Source: an uncultured archaeon
Lineage (GTDB): Archaea > Thermoplasmatota > Penumbrarchaeia > JASLWR01
Length of the DNA stretch: 64,000 bases
Assembly (NCBI GenBank): GCA_964430885.1
Contig: CAYSHM010000002.1
Coordinates: 109,009-173,008, forward strand
Direction: 5' to 3'
In this document: positions 43,470-54,500 of the stretch, in pieces
Layout of the letters: each line of letters begins with the position of its first letter
Position numbering within the stretch: the first letter of the stretch is position 1
Position numbers and translations under genes: made by a program
Notes under the pieces: generated by a model
Database searches by the model: none
What the model was told of the DNA's origin: nothing
What the model saw: the letters and a program-made list of their open reading frames with translations, nothing else

Positions 43470-43949
43470 ATGAAATTGATAATAAACGGGTGGAGACAGC
43501 ATCTGACCTTTTCAGCTTGTCATTTTATTCCTCAGCACCAACTCTGTGAAAGACTTCATGGGCACACTTACGGTGTTCATCTGGAATTGGATGGTGAAAC
43601 TGCAGAAGACGGGATGCTAGTTGATTTCAAATATGTGAAGCAGATTCTAAAGGCGATGATCGATGAACTAGATCACAGGATCATTATCCCCCAAAAAAAT
43701 AAGCACATAGAGATGTCGAACATTGGAGACCAAGGTGAAATTGAAATCCGGGTCTGCGGGAAAAGGTATGTCATACCAAGCTCGGACATTGTAATTCTGG
43801 ATATACGCAGTTCTTCAGCCGAGGATTTGGCAGATTTTATTGTCTCAGGAATGTGGTCGGAACTAGAACATAGAAAAAATTTAACCAGTCTATCAATAGG
43901 CGTTGATGAAGGACCCGGGCAGGGAGCTTGGAGTACAAGAACCAGATAA
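43470..43949 (+). CDS. queD: 6-carboxytetrahydropterin synthase
   Basis: FSACH, CERLHGHTY, DF..VK, LDHR, SAE; next to queC. Confidence 0.88.
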   Translation: MKLIINGWRQHLTFSACHFIPQHQLCERLHGHTYGVHLELDGETAEDGMLVDFKYVKQILKAMIDELDHRIIIPQKNKHIEMSNIGDQGEIEIRVCGKRYVIPSSDIVILDIRSSSAEDLADFIVSGMWSELEHRKNLTSLSIGVDEGPGQGAWSTRTR

Positions 43950-43967
43950 GACAGAGGGGGTGGAAAT

Positions 43968-44681
43968 TTGGCAGATTCGGAATCAAGAGAGCAGAAGAGA
44001 GCAGTAGTGGTACTGAGCGGGGGTTTGGATTCATCCACTGCCTGCGCTGTTGCATGTAGAGATAATGATGAGGTATTCGGATTAACCTTTGACTATGGGC
44101 AGACGCTTCAAAGGGAGATATATTATGCTGAGAGGTTAGCTGAATATTTCGACCTGATAGAACATAAGATTTTCCGGGTCGATTTGACCCGGATAGGGGG
44201 CAGTGCATTAACAGATCAGAGCATCGATATTCCCGGTTCAAGCAGAGGAGAAAATCCTGAAACCCATAGTTCCATACCCGTCACATATGTTCCAGCGAGG
44301 AACACGATCTTTCTTTCCATTGCTCTTGCCTGGGCCGAGATCTTGGATGCAGGATCTATCTACATAGGGGTTACTGCAGTTGATTACAGCGGATATCCCG
44401 ACTGCCGGCCTGAATACATTGAAGCTTTTCAGAATCTTGCGGATCTTGCGACAAAAAGAGGCGTAGAGGGCAATCCAATTAAGATAGTCACACCACTGCT
44501 TCACAGGTCTAAATCTCAGATAATAAGGAAGGGATTGGATCTCGGAGTTCCCTATGAATTAACCTGGAGCTGTTACAAAGAGGGTGTTCAGCCTTGCAGA
44601 GTGTGCGAGAGCTGTGTTCTCAGGGAAAACGGTTTCGAGGAATTGGGTATGAAAGACCCATTAGTGGAAAGAACCCACTGA
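43968..44681 (+). CDS. queC: 7-cyano-7-deazaguanine synthase (archaeosine precursor)
   Basis: SGGLDS, YGQ, TYVPARN, YPDCR, TWSCY...C.VCESC. Confidence 0.95.
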   Translation: MADSESREQKRAVVVLSGGLDSSTACAVACRDNDEVFGLTFDYGQTLQREIYYAERLAEYFDLIEHKIFRVDLTRIGGSALTDQSIDIPGSSRGENPETHSSIPVTYVPARNTIFLSIALAWAEILDAGSIYIGVTAVDYSGYPDCRPEYIEAFQNLADLATKRGVEGNPIKIVTPLLHRSKSQIIRKGLDLGVPYELTWSCYKEGVQPCRVCESCVLRENGFEELGMKDPLVERTH

Positions 44682-44728
44682 ATGGAATGTCGATATCAGA
44701 GTAATATTTCTATAAAAATAGATTTCAA

Positions 44729-46348
44729 TTATTGGGTCCAGCGTATGTGGTAATCACCTTCATCCATTGTTTCAATCCATGAATATCTTGTACATATCTC
44801 TATATCATAATCATTCCCGTTGTCCTGAATGGCCCCCCTGAGCGGATGTGTCTGGTCCCCTGCCTCCAGCATATCAATGATCACTTGGAAGGTTCCGTTA
44901 TTATCTGAATTCCCGTAGCTCCATGACAGATCTATGTTGCCGTTTGAACCCTCATCATCATTCAGTAGTTCACCCCCCGGTCCCATAATGCTGGCACCCA
45001 TACTATCTGGCTGATTCGAGTAATCAATTATTAGGGCCCCTTCGTCCGGTTCGTCAGTCCATGTCAATTTGAGGCTTATATCAATGATATTTCCAGTGGG
45101 AGGGATTAGTTCAATAATTAGATTTTCCCCCTCCCCGAGATAACCGCTGTCAGTAATGTTAAGATAATCGAATCTTTCAATGGCGAGGTTTTCTATCCTT
45201 CGGTCCTTAATGCGCTCAGGATCGGATGTGGCAAATATTGCACCTATAGGGATCATTGCTATGCAGAAAATGGATGTGACTGCAACGGTGAACAATATGG
45301 GATTTTTCAACTTTCTTCCTCTATCTCTTATGTTCACAAATCTTGCAAACCTCTCCCAAGCACTTCTCCCCTCCCGATCCTTCTCTCTTGCCTCCCTGCA
45401 CCAGAACTTTTTATGAATGAAGTAGAAAATCGGTAGCATTAGGGCCAAGGTTATGATGGTGTTTATGGTATCCAGCATGCCGAAGGTCTCTGCCGAGGCA
45501 CCTATGACTGAATCGGTATAGGCCCCCTTTATCTGGTAAAGTGTTAGATACCAATCCCATAATCCATGGATTATAATTCCCAAGACAATATTCCGTGACC
45601 AATGGTAAATGATTGAGAAGAAACCACCCATTATCACAAGGACCACCATGTACCAAGCGATCACTTTCCAGGGCAAATCATAGACCAGTATGGATATGGG
45701 CAGGTGTCCAATAGCAAATAGCACAGCTGAGAACAATATTGCATGTCCTATGGAAAATGCCCTGCTGGTTTGGTCCTGTAGAAAACCCCTGGAAAAAATT
45801 TCTTCTGCCGGCCCCGTTCCTATCATGTAGGAAAATAAGGTAGCTATTACCAACCCCCATCCTACCGTATCCCATCCCATTACCAGACTGAAATCGGTAC
45901 CCATGCCCCTTATCCACATATGTCCTACATAGACAAATGAAGCTACTACAAAGAATATCAGTCCGCCGATACAACCCCAAACAACCGATGAGAATAGATT
46001 CTTTTTAGTGAATCTGAATGGGCTTCCTTTCTCCTTAAATATATACAACCATATCAATAGGACCGGCCCCAGCTGGAGAACGGGTTTGGCGATCATGCTG
46101 ACCCAATAGTTCATCTCCCTGCCGTTCTCGGGATTGGTGAAGAAATCCATGGAACCGGTTAGATATCTGTAGAAACCCCAAATAATTATCTTTACAATGA
46201 AGACAAGGGTTACCAATCCCAGGAATTTCCATTTATTGTCAATGGGATTTTTACCAACAGGCGGAATCCCGTTCCATCGCGGATCCTTTACCATTTCTGC
46301 CTCGGTCCCGTTATCGGAAGGTTTCTTGAAAAGGTCAGTAAAGCTCAT
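44729..46348 (-). CDS. CPBP (CAAX/Abi) intramembrane glutamic protease with extra C-terminal soluble domain
   Basis: AEEIFSRG, FAIGH, HGLWD motifs; acidic beta-rich C-terminal domain after the last TM. Confidence 0.85.
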   Translation of the reverse strand: MSFTDLFKKPSDNGTEAEMVKDPRWNGIPPVGKNPIDNKWKFLGLVTLVFIVKIIIWGFYRYLTGSMDFFTNPENGREMNYWVSMIAKPVLQLGPVLLIWLYIFKEKGSPFRFTKKNLFSSVVWGCIGGLIFFVVASFVYVGHMWIRGMGTDFSLVMGWDTVGWGLVIATLFSYMIGTGPAEEIFSRGFLQDQTSRAFSIGHAILFSAVLFAIGHLPISILVYDLPWKVIAWYMVVLVIMGGFFSIIYHWSRNIVLGIIIHGLWDWYLTLYQIKGAYTDSVIGASAETFGMLDTINTIITLALMLPIFYFIHKKFWCREAREKDREGRSAWERFARFVNIRDRGRKLKNPILFTVAVTSIFCIAMIPIGAIFATSDPERIKDRRIENLAIERFDYLNITDSGYLGEGENLIIELIPPTGNIIDISLKLTWTDEPDEGALIIDYSNQPDSMGASIMGPGGELLNDDEGSNGNIDLSWSYGNSDNNGTFQVIIDMLEAGDQTHPLRGAIQDNGNDYDIEICTRYSWIETMDEGDYHIRWTQ

Positions 46349-46617
46349 GATTGGACAATTGTCATTTGTTTAATTATTCTTTCCTTGAATTTATCATCCC
46401 AACTTAACGGTAATTCATTTCTGGTTCTTCAGTCACTATGTTTATTTGCCAATCGATGAAATAATTTTCATAGGTCAATGTATGTAAGATTGCTTATAGT
46501 AACAAGATTGTACAATTATACTACCTATAATAATAAGATATTAATAATTACAGGTCCTTGCTGTAACGATTATTAGTTATTTATTTTGTAAAGATTAATT
46601 ATTATTAATTAGAAAAG

Positions 46618-49600
46618 GTGTTTCAGATGAAATATTTCAGATCTGGTTTAAAACAAGTTGCCATGATTAGGTTTCTGCCATTCATGGTTGCGTTTTTTTT
46701 GTTGCTAACGGGTTTTCCCATATCTTTACTATCAAACCAAAATGATCAATCAAGGGCGTTTGTTGCATCATATGATACAAACCCCGATCCAGTAAAAGGA
46801 TGCCGAGGTGCTAATACCATAATTCAGGAGGATGATTTTGACGATGGATGGGGCAATTTTTCTCATTCCATCGGAGGTCAGGGTGTGATAGTTAGACAAA
46901 CACAAGCAGATGCGGATTCTCTAGCCTACTCGGGTAATTCAGTTTTCATGTGGGCCGCAAACCGTAATGCTTGGGATTATTCCTACATGTGGACAACCGT
47001 GAACCTAATCAATACCTCAAAGGTCTACATGGATTTCCAATTTGCACTGGAGGATATTGAGAATCACGAGCATCTGTATATTTGGCTCGATACGGATGGG
47101 GATCCATCAAACGGTTATTCCCATCAAAGATGGCGGGAAGCACCCAAGGGCGCTAATGGAAATAATAATGATTTTACTACCGAACCTCAGGATTACCAGT
47201 TGGTGACATTTGATCTCTCTAATATAACCAAGACCGCAAATCTGCTGATACTTTTTGAAGGTTTGTTTTATAGGAGCGGTATGCCAGGAGATATGTTCGC
47301 CATTGATGATGTTGTCATAAGAGCGAATTACAAACCTCAATTGACATCCAAGGATGATGTCAACATATCGCCTTCAGTTGTCCATACACTCACTGATGAA
47401 TTCGCCAAGATCAATGTTACATATCATGATAAGGATGATCATCAAATTGAAGATTTCTCAGTTACTATGGATGTCAGATTGGCAGATAACACAACTGTCA
47501 TTCGATATATGAACAATAAATCCCTTAATGACCCCCTGGTTTCCATTGAGCGAATTGCTCCAATGACATATAATATGAGTATTATCTTCGATCCTGCCAT
47601 TATATATGGTTTTGGATTTGTGGATTTCTTCTTAGTGATATTTGATCCCGACGACCTTCATTTCAGTCTTTACTTCAACTATTTGAATGATATACTGGAA
47701 CTGCTGGACCACGAGGTGGTGATTAATGACGCTGACACCAAAGCCTCCCCTGCCCTGCTCAATGTGGAGGCTGATGATCCCTTAGAGATTGTAGGAACAT
47801 TTACCGATCTTGATGATCAGCCAATTTCGGATTTCACCTTTGATTTCATTATACGGGACCAAAATTCCGTAGAATATCCTTTGGGTCCGGAAATTGTAGC
47901 GGGAGATGATGACTTCACCTTAATAAAGGAGGATGTTGGCGAATATTCATTCAGTTTATTATTCGAACTCAATTCCTCTTACCCATCTTCCCTTTACGAT
48001 ATTTTTGTGGAAATAGACGACGGATACATAGAGATGAACCAGAGCAGTTTCATTGATAATCCCGAAGAACTAGAATTGTTTTCTGCAGCTGTTTCTGATA
48101 TCATAATTTCTCCTGAACCTTACAATATCTATCATCAAGAACCACTTTATTTAAATTTCACCGTCACTGAAAATATTGCTCTGAACAATAATGGCTTTTC
48201 TCTCAGAGAATCCATATTGAATTCAGGGATTAACATCAGTTTGAGAGATTCAGAGAATGAAGAATTGGTTCTTTATTCTCAGAAAACAAGGGGAAGAACG
48301 AATGCCCCTATACTTCAGAACCTGACAAATGACACATTCCTGATTTCCTTCAAATACGAGGATGCATTCAATCTTTCAAAGGATGTTTTCGATCTGAAAC
48401 TCAGCATTTTTAATTCAGAGGCAGTCCTTCTGGAATCCGACTATGAGGATAACGAGGATATACTGACTACATTTTACAATATTGTCCCAAGGATACTAAA
48501 TGTGTGGAGTTCCCATGATCTAATAAATATTTACTACAATCCAACAATTATTATAGGTACGGAAATGAGAGATAGGGATATGCCGGATATCGGAGATCTT
48601 TTGTTCAGTCTCGCACTTAGGAACGATGATGGTGGCGAAATAGTGATATTCGATGGCAGCTCATCTGATGTCGATGGATTAGAATTCTCAGAATACTTGG
48701 ATGAGAATGGGACTTTCCTACTGAATTACAGTGTTGATATTGATGGAGGTTTTGAACAGGGATTCTATGATGTGGAGGTTTCAATTGAGGACGAGTACGG
48801 GATGAAATTCATATCTTCATATTCGGAATCACTGGACCTTTTTGAGCTCTATTACAATGAACCTCCAAATGCACCGAGCAAGTTCTTACCCAACGAGACC
48901 AGCGACAGGAGTCCTTTACTTCATTGGTATGGTGCTTCTGACAGCAGTGTTGCAACTGTGGACCTGACCTACAGCCTAAAGATAGGGACGGATGAAGGCA
49001 GATCAGATATTTTGGATTGGTATGATGTTGGTAAAAATCCCTTTTATACGATAACGGATGTATTGGATTACGGTTTATATTATGTAGAGGTCATTGCCAA
49101 TGACGGCCAGGACAATTCTTTGCCTTACAAGGATAGTTTCGGCGTTTTTGCCTTGGCCAATACGCCTCCGTTGCCGCCGAACGAGATATCCCCTGATTAT
49201 TCCTTAGAAACCCTTCCATTGATCACCTGGAAGGGAGCTTCAGATCCTGATGGGGATACAATTAGAAATAATTATCTTCAGATTGGGACCTATTCCTATG
49301 GAGGGGATGTTCTTTCCTGGGTCAATGTGAGATTGGCAACCGAATATCAGATCGTGAATACCCTGCCCCTTGGTAATTATTTTGTCCAGGTGAAGGTCTC
49401 CGACGGAACGGCGATGTCATATGTGCAGCAGGAAATGCTGTACATAATCAGCGAAGGAAATGTTCCGCCCTCACCTCCAACGGAGATGTATCCCATCACC
49501 ACATGGGAAAGGAAACCGACCATAACATGGTCTGGTGCCTATGATTATAATGAAGAGGATACTTTGACATATTCCATTCAGATCGGAAGCAGTTCGGGAA

Positions 49601-51219
49601 AGGGTGACGTGCTCTCATGGATTGACGATATACCGGAAACCAAATATGCGGTCACCAGCGAACTGAACATAGGAGAGTATTGGATTCAGATCAAGGCTCA
49701 CGATGGAGAGCTGTTCTCCAATGTATTTGAACGAAAACTGACCATTACCGAGGTAGGAAACCTTCCGCCCTTGGCAGTAGGAAATATCACACCCACGACC
49801 ACAACAAATTCCACCCCACTTATTAAATGGAGTCCGTCAACGGACTCTGATGGTGACGAGAAGGACATTACCTATTATATCCAAATAGGATTTGCACTGG
49901 GTCACGGGGACTTCTTATCATGGTATACCACCAAGGATAAAACCGAATATCAGATATCTAAGGAACTATCACCCAATAGAAAATACTTTGTTCAGGTCAA
50001 GGCTTTTGACGGGGAATCATTTTCTTCAGTTGAATACGGCACACTGGAATTACTTGTTTATCTATCCGAAATATCTTTCCAGGGTAACATTACTTCGGTT
50101 GGAGTATACAAGGAGGAAGTCTATACCTTTGACCTGTTGCTCCTAGGAAGGGGGACCGCCGGTTTCGATGTGGACCTGAAGATCGAAACATCGGAGGAAT
50201 TGAGTGAATTTGTAAATCTTTCAATTTACAATATATTCCTTTCACCGGGTGATAAGGTAGTAATAATACTTGCCTTGAATATACCTGCAAGCTCAGATAT
50301 TACTGGCAATTTCAGCGTACATGCCGTATCAGATTCACCATTTTACTCCGATACCACTGAAGTTCCGCTTACATTAAGTATACTGAAAAGGGATGAACCG
50401 GACCCAACGTTCTTTGAGGATGTCAGTAACGATCCCATGTATATTATTGGATTCATAGCATTGTTGTTATTACTTATCCTTCTGATCTTATTGATCGTGA
50501 TAATAAAGCGGAGGAAGGACCAAGCACCTGAAGAAATAATTGATAGAGATGAAAAGGATCTGGATGGTGTGCCGGAACTGACCTTTACCCCTATTGCTGA
50601 GAAGGGACTTGTGACAAAGACGATAGTGCCGGATTCCGAAAAGATATTGTCCGGGAAATATCTAGCACTAAAAGGAGGAAAAGCTTCTAAGAAAGTACCT
50701 CAGCTTCCGGGAAGTACTGCTGCGGGAGAGAAGAAAAGATTGGCTCTGCCCCAGCATTCAGTGGTTATTGATATGGATTCCCAGCAGGTTGTGGGACATA
50801 CAAAGGTGGATGAGAGGAAAGATGATGAGAAGGAGGATGTAGTTTTTGATTTCGAGTCTGTGGGCGGGAAATATGTAATAAAGGATAGTCTTCCCCCTGA
50901 GAGCCCTTATGGGACCTCATATCGGGAGGATGTTACAACGGAAAGCCGTTATTCAGCATCCAAAGGAAAAGGAAAAGGTAAAAAAGGCCGAAGGGGAAAG
51001 AAGGGTACTGGGAAAGGTAAAAAGGGTATGCGAGCAGGGAAAAAAGTTCCCGCATCGGATAAGAAGGGGGGAACACCTGAGAAAGGAAAAGGTGAGGTGA
51101 AGATGGAAACACGTTCGGAAGAACCTCCCGCACCCCCTACGCCCCCTACACCCGCTTCAGATCCAACGCCGGATGTTCCACCCATGGAAAATGATCAGCC
51201 GTCTCCGCCCCCTGAATGA
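46618..51219 (+). CDS. Large single-pass surface protein with Ig/FN3-like repeats and a long cytoplasmic tail
   Basis: Signal peptide; four N.PP..P.....P...W....D repeats; TM YIIGFIALLLLLILLILLIVII-KRRK; K/G-rich and Pro-rich tail. Confidence 0.8.
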   Translation: MFQMKYFRSGLKQVAMIRFLPFMVAFFLLLTGFPISLLSNQNDQSRAFVASYDTNPDPVKGCRGANTIIQEDDFDDGWGNFSHSIGGQGVIVRQTQADADSLAYSGNSVFMWAANRNAWDYSYMWTTVNLINTSKVYMDFQFALEDIENHEHLYIWLDTDGDPSNGYSHQRWREAPKGANGNNNDFTTEPQDYQLVTFDLSNITKTANLLILFEGLFYRSGMPGDMFAIDDVVIRANYKPQLTSKDDVNISPSVVHTLTDEFAKINVTYHDKDDHQIEDFSVTMDVRLADNTTVIRYMNNKSLNDPLVSIERIAPMTYNMSIIFDPAIIYGFGFVDFFLVIFDPDDLHFSLYFNYLNDILELLDHEVVINDADTKASPALLNVEADDPLEIVGTFTDLDDQPISDFTFDFIIRDQNSVEYPLGPEIVAGDDDFTLIKEDVGEYSFSLLFELNSSYPSSLYDIFVEIDDGYIEMNQSSFIDNPEELELFSAAVSDIIISPEPYNIYHQEPLYLNFTVTENIALNNNGFSLRESILNSGINISLRDSENEELVLYSQKTRGRTNAPILQNLTNDTFLISFKYEDAFNLSKDVFDLKLSIFNSEAVLLESDYEDNEDILTTFYNIVPRILNVWSSHDLINIYYNPTIIIGTEMRDRDMPDIGDLLFSLALRNDDGGEIVIFDGSSSDVDGLEFSEYLDENGTFLLNYSVDIDGGFEQGFYDVEVSIEDEYGMKFISSYSESLDLFELYYNEPPNAPSKFLPNETSDRSPLLHWYGASDSSVATVDLTYSLKIGTDEGRSDILDWYDVGKNPFYTITDVLDYGLYYVEVIANDGQDNSLPYKDSFGVFALANTPPLPPNEISPDYSLETLPLITWKGASDPDGDTIRNNYLQIGTYSYGGDVLSWVNVRLATEYQIVNTLPLGNYFVQVKVSDGTAMSYVQQEMLYIISEGNVPPSPPTEMYPITTWERKPTITWSGAYDYNEEDTLTYSIQIGSSSGKGDVLSWIDDIPETKYAVTSELNIGEYWIQIKAHDGELFSNVFERKLTITEVGNLPPLAVGNITPTTTTNSTPLIKWSPSTDSDGDEKDITYYIQIGFALGHGDFLSWYTTKDKTEYQISKELSPNRKYFVQVKAFDGESFSSVEYGTLELLVYLSEISFQGNITSVGVYKEEVYTFDLLLLGRGTAGFDVDLKIETSEELSEFVNLSIYNIFLSPGDKVVIILALNIPASSDITGNFSVHAVSDSPFYSDTTEVPLTLSILKRDEPDPTFFEDVSNDPMYIIGFIALLLLLILLILLIVIIKRRKDQAPEEIIDRDEKDLDGVPELTFTPIAEKGLVTKTIVPDSEKILSGKYLALKGGKASKKVPQLPGSTAAGEKKRLALPQHSVVIDMDSQQVVGHTKVDERKDDEKEDVVFDFESVGGKYVIKDSLPPESPYGTSYREDVTTESRYSASKGKGKGKKGRRGKKGTGKGKKGMRAGKKVPASDKKGGTPEKGKGEVKMETRSEEPPAPPTPPTPASDPTPDVPPMENDQPSPPPE

Positions 51220-51239
51220 TCAGGCAGGTCTGCTAGAGT

Positions 51240-51545
51240 TCAATTAAATGTCCATTTGAGATTTTCAATATCAGTGGCGCTTCTAACCTTTATATATGCT
51301 ACCTCTTTCAAGGGAGAAAGAAGCCTGTCAACGAAGTCATGGTTTTCCGCGTGGAAAAAAATTATAAAATCATAATCACCGAAGAGTGCAAGTATCTTTT
51401 CGATCTTTATTCCTTCTGGTTCCCTCAAGGTCTTGATCCTTCTGATCAAATGCCTGGAACTCCCAGGAATTGTCCGAATGAACGCGATAAACAACATACT
51501 CATCGATGACTCCAATAAAATGAAATCAATTCCCCCGGCCATCAA
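51240..51545 (-). CDS. Small Lrp/AsnC ligand-binding-like (GYD-like) protein
   Basis: ALFGDYDFIIFF motif; start probably at a downstream Met near 51500. Confidence 0.55.
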   Translation of the reverse strand: MMAGGIDFILLESSMSMLFIAFIRTIPGSSRHLIRRIKTLREPEGIKIEKILALFGDYDFIIFFHAENHDFVDRLLSPLKEVAYIKVRSATDIENLKWTFN

Positions 51546-51596
51546 TTAGGATTTTGATAGCCATATTTCAATTATTTATATAGAATTTATAATTAT

Positions 51597-54500
51597 TTAT
51601 TTCTTTCCTTTTTTTATTATTAAACCAATCAGGACCAAAAGGATAAAAATTCCTGCCCCTGCATAGATGAATACTGGATTATTCACAATAAATGATTCTC
51701 CTTCAGCATTATTTTTGGGATTTGACATTATCCTCACCGTAATATTATCCATCGCGCTATTTCCTTTCTTATCAAAGGCGGTAATGGTGAGCTCGTACTG
51801 CCCGTTTTCAATTGAATCTGAAATAGGATATTTCAATGTGAATTTTCCGTCCATTTCCCATTTATCACCCATCTTTCCATCATCCCTGAGCTCTTTTTCT
51901 TTTGGCCCACCCATAGGACTGAGGTCTATGGTTATCTTTTCTAAATCCTCCCAACCATCTGGATCGGAGATCTTCACTATGCATTCCCAAATGTTATTGT
52001 TATCTATATTCACAAGTTTGATTGTGCTCCTTATGTCAATCTTGGGTGCTAAATTGGTCTTTATTATCTCTATTGATGAGTTCTCCAAGGTCTTCGCCCC
52101 TGTCCTGTCGATTGCGATAATGGTAATTAGCTGATTACCTAAAGTTAAACCTCCAGGCAGGTTAAAGATCAGAGCATAATTCCATCTACCTGTTCTATCG
52201 CAGAGCATGCTTCCTAGTCCCAGGGAGGATAGGTCAACAGCTACCGATGCGATATCATCTGGACCATCAGGGTCGTTCAGTATGATGTCTATAGCAACCG
52301 TCCCACCTTTGTCCTCTAAAATCCGGGGTTCTATAGATATACTTGTAATCTGAGGCGGGTTGATAATTATATCAATATCGAATTCTATTTCAGCAATTTC
52401 CGATTCCTGATCATCGACATCAACGGCCATTGCTCTGAAAATATGCTTCCCCTTACCCAATACGGATATATCAATTTCTACCTCCCAAAGCTCATCATCC
52501 GATATGGGTATCCATTCCTGATCATCTACCTGGGCTCTTACCTCTTTAATCCCGTTATCGTCCAGGGCTCCTCCGAAGAAAAATGTATTTTCAGTCAGAG
52601 TAGTGTTGGGATGGGGATAATCGATGTACACCAATGGTATCAGACTTTTTCCGCTTTCATATATGTCTGCATAAAGCACACCCTCAGTCAAACCGCCATC
52701 ATTATCTGCCACGCCAACATTTATAATATACTTGTCAGGAACATTGAAGGTATGTATCAAGCTCCCTTCCTGGGTTAAATAATCCCAATCCAGGTCATTG
52801 TCAGTATCCCACCAATATTCTGCTACGGATCCATCACTATCCACGGCCTTTACAGTTAACTCCACCGGTTCCTCAGCCTCACCGGAAGCATTGTTCAATT
52901 CAAGAATTTCCGGCAGTTGATTTTCATGAGGCAGTGCCTTTGAGATTATTCCCGAGGGATAGCGTATATTTCCGTATACCAGGTTAAGACCTTCTCCATT
53001 CACTTTGATTTCAAGGGTGAGCTGAATATCACTTCGGAATGTCAGATCTGTAATGGGGATCTCGCTAGATAACTGTATCATCATCGGCGGACTGCTGGGT
53101 TCAACATAATCCTCGGGGCTCTCAATCTGGAAAAGGTTAGTTCCGTCTATACTGACGGTAGTCCTGAACTGAACGTCAAATCCGCGGTCCTCCAGTGAAT
53201 TTTCGATCCAGAATTCCACATCCATTTTCTCCACAAGCTCCACGGTTTCCAGGGAATAACCTATTTCCCACAGTCCGATTGTCCTGTATTCTACTATTCC
53301 AATTGGACTGCTGGGAATGGGATAAGGTGTATATCCGTCCGGACAAGGCATGGTGGAGTAGTCGGAAATGTCTGGTTTATCTAGGGTAAGGTTTCCCTCG
53401 TCCAGTATGTAGAATCCCAAACGTCCTCCTTCTAGTTCCCGAACTGAGATGGTCATGCTGGCGTTGTTCGTACTATTCCTTCCTCCATTGTCCTGTACAA
53501 TCAGACTGGCGGTAAAATTACCGGGAATAGAATAGGAATGACCAACGTTATCAACATTGATCCAACCGCTCTCATTTCCATCACCGAAAAAGAAACGCCA
53601 TTTAGTAACGCTCCCGTCGGTGTCAAAGGATTCATCTCCGAAAAAGGTTACTTCTTCGTGGATGTCGGCCAAGGATTCAGGGGATGAGGCCAATCTAGCA
53701 ACGGGTGCAGCATTCACACCCCCTGTTACTCTTATGGGTTTTGTAGCTGAATTGTTGTTCTCGGAAAGCTCATCTATCTCATCATCAGGGTCTACTGCCA
53801 CATAGATATTATGAATTGTACCTGCTGTAGCTACCCATTCCACATACGTACTTTCCCTTGCCCCTGCAGGGACATCAACCTCACCACTCCCAATAAGGAT
53901 TCCGCTGGTGGGATTTCCGTCATAGAAATCCACTCTTGCATCAAAGGCATCACTTAGTCCCCGATTTGATATGTTTGCATAGATCACAACTGTTTCACCG
54001 GCATTTACAGGGGATTGGGAGAATGTTATGTCCTCCGGAGTAATCACTAGATCTGGCTTCTGTTCCGATTTTCCTACGGATATGGTTTCTTCCTGCGTTG
54101 GAAGCGGTATGCGGTTCAATTCCCCAGATAATTGAAAATCAAAGGTCTGTTCATCCCCGACTTGCGGAGAGGTTGTAAATAATTTGAGAGCGGGGTCCAC
54201 TTCAATATCTTCCCCTTCAGGGCTATTTAGGGTTGCTTCGGCACTGACCCTCCATAAGCCAGGGAACCTTTCAATGTCCAGTGAGTTCAGTTCCACTTGT
54301 CCTCCAGCCGATGATGTTAATGTAATATTCTCGGGTCTGGAGAAGAAATCAGGAAATTCAAGAACAAGGGACAGTTCATCCCGGGATGTGAAATAGGCTC
54401 CCCTGTAAAGATCTAAAGACGGCTGAACCTTAATCCTCGTTCCGCTGTCCACGAACTGGGGCATATTCAGCTTAAAAGAACTAAGATCAACAGCCCTTCT

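Noticed and set aside
43470-44681. queD/queC as a Dpd 7-deazaguanine DNA-modification island
   Set aside because: No dpdA or other defence genes nearby; archaeosine tRNA synthesis explains the pair
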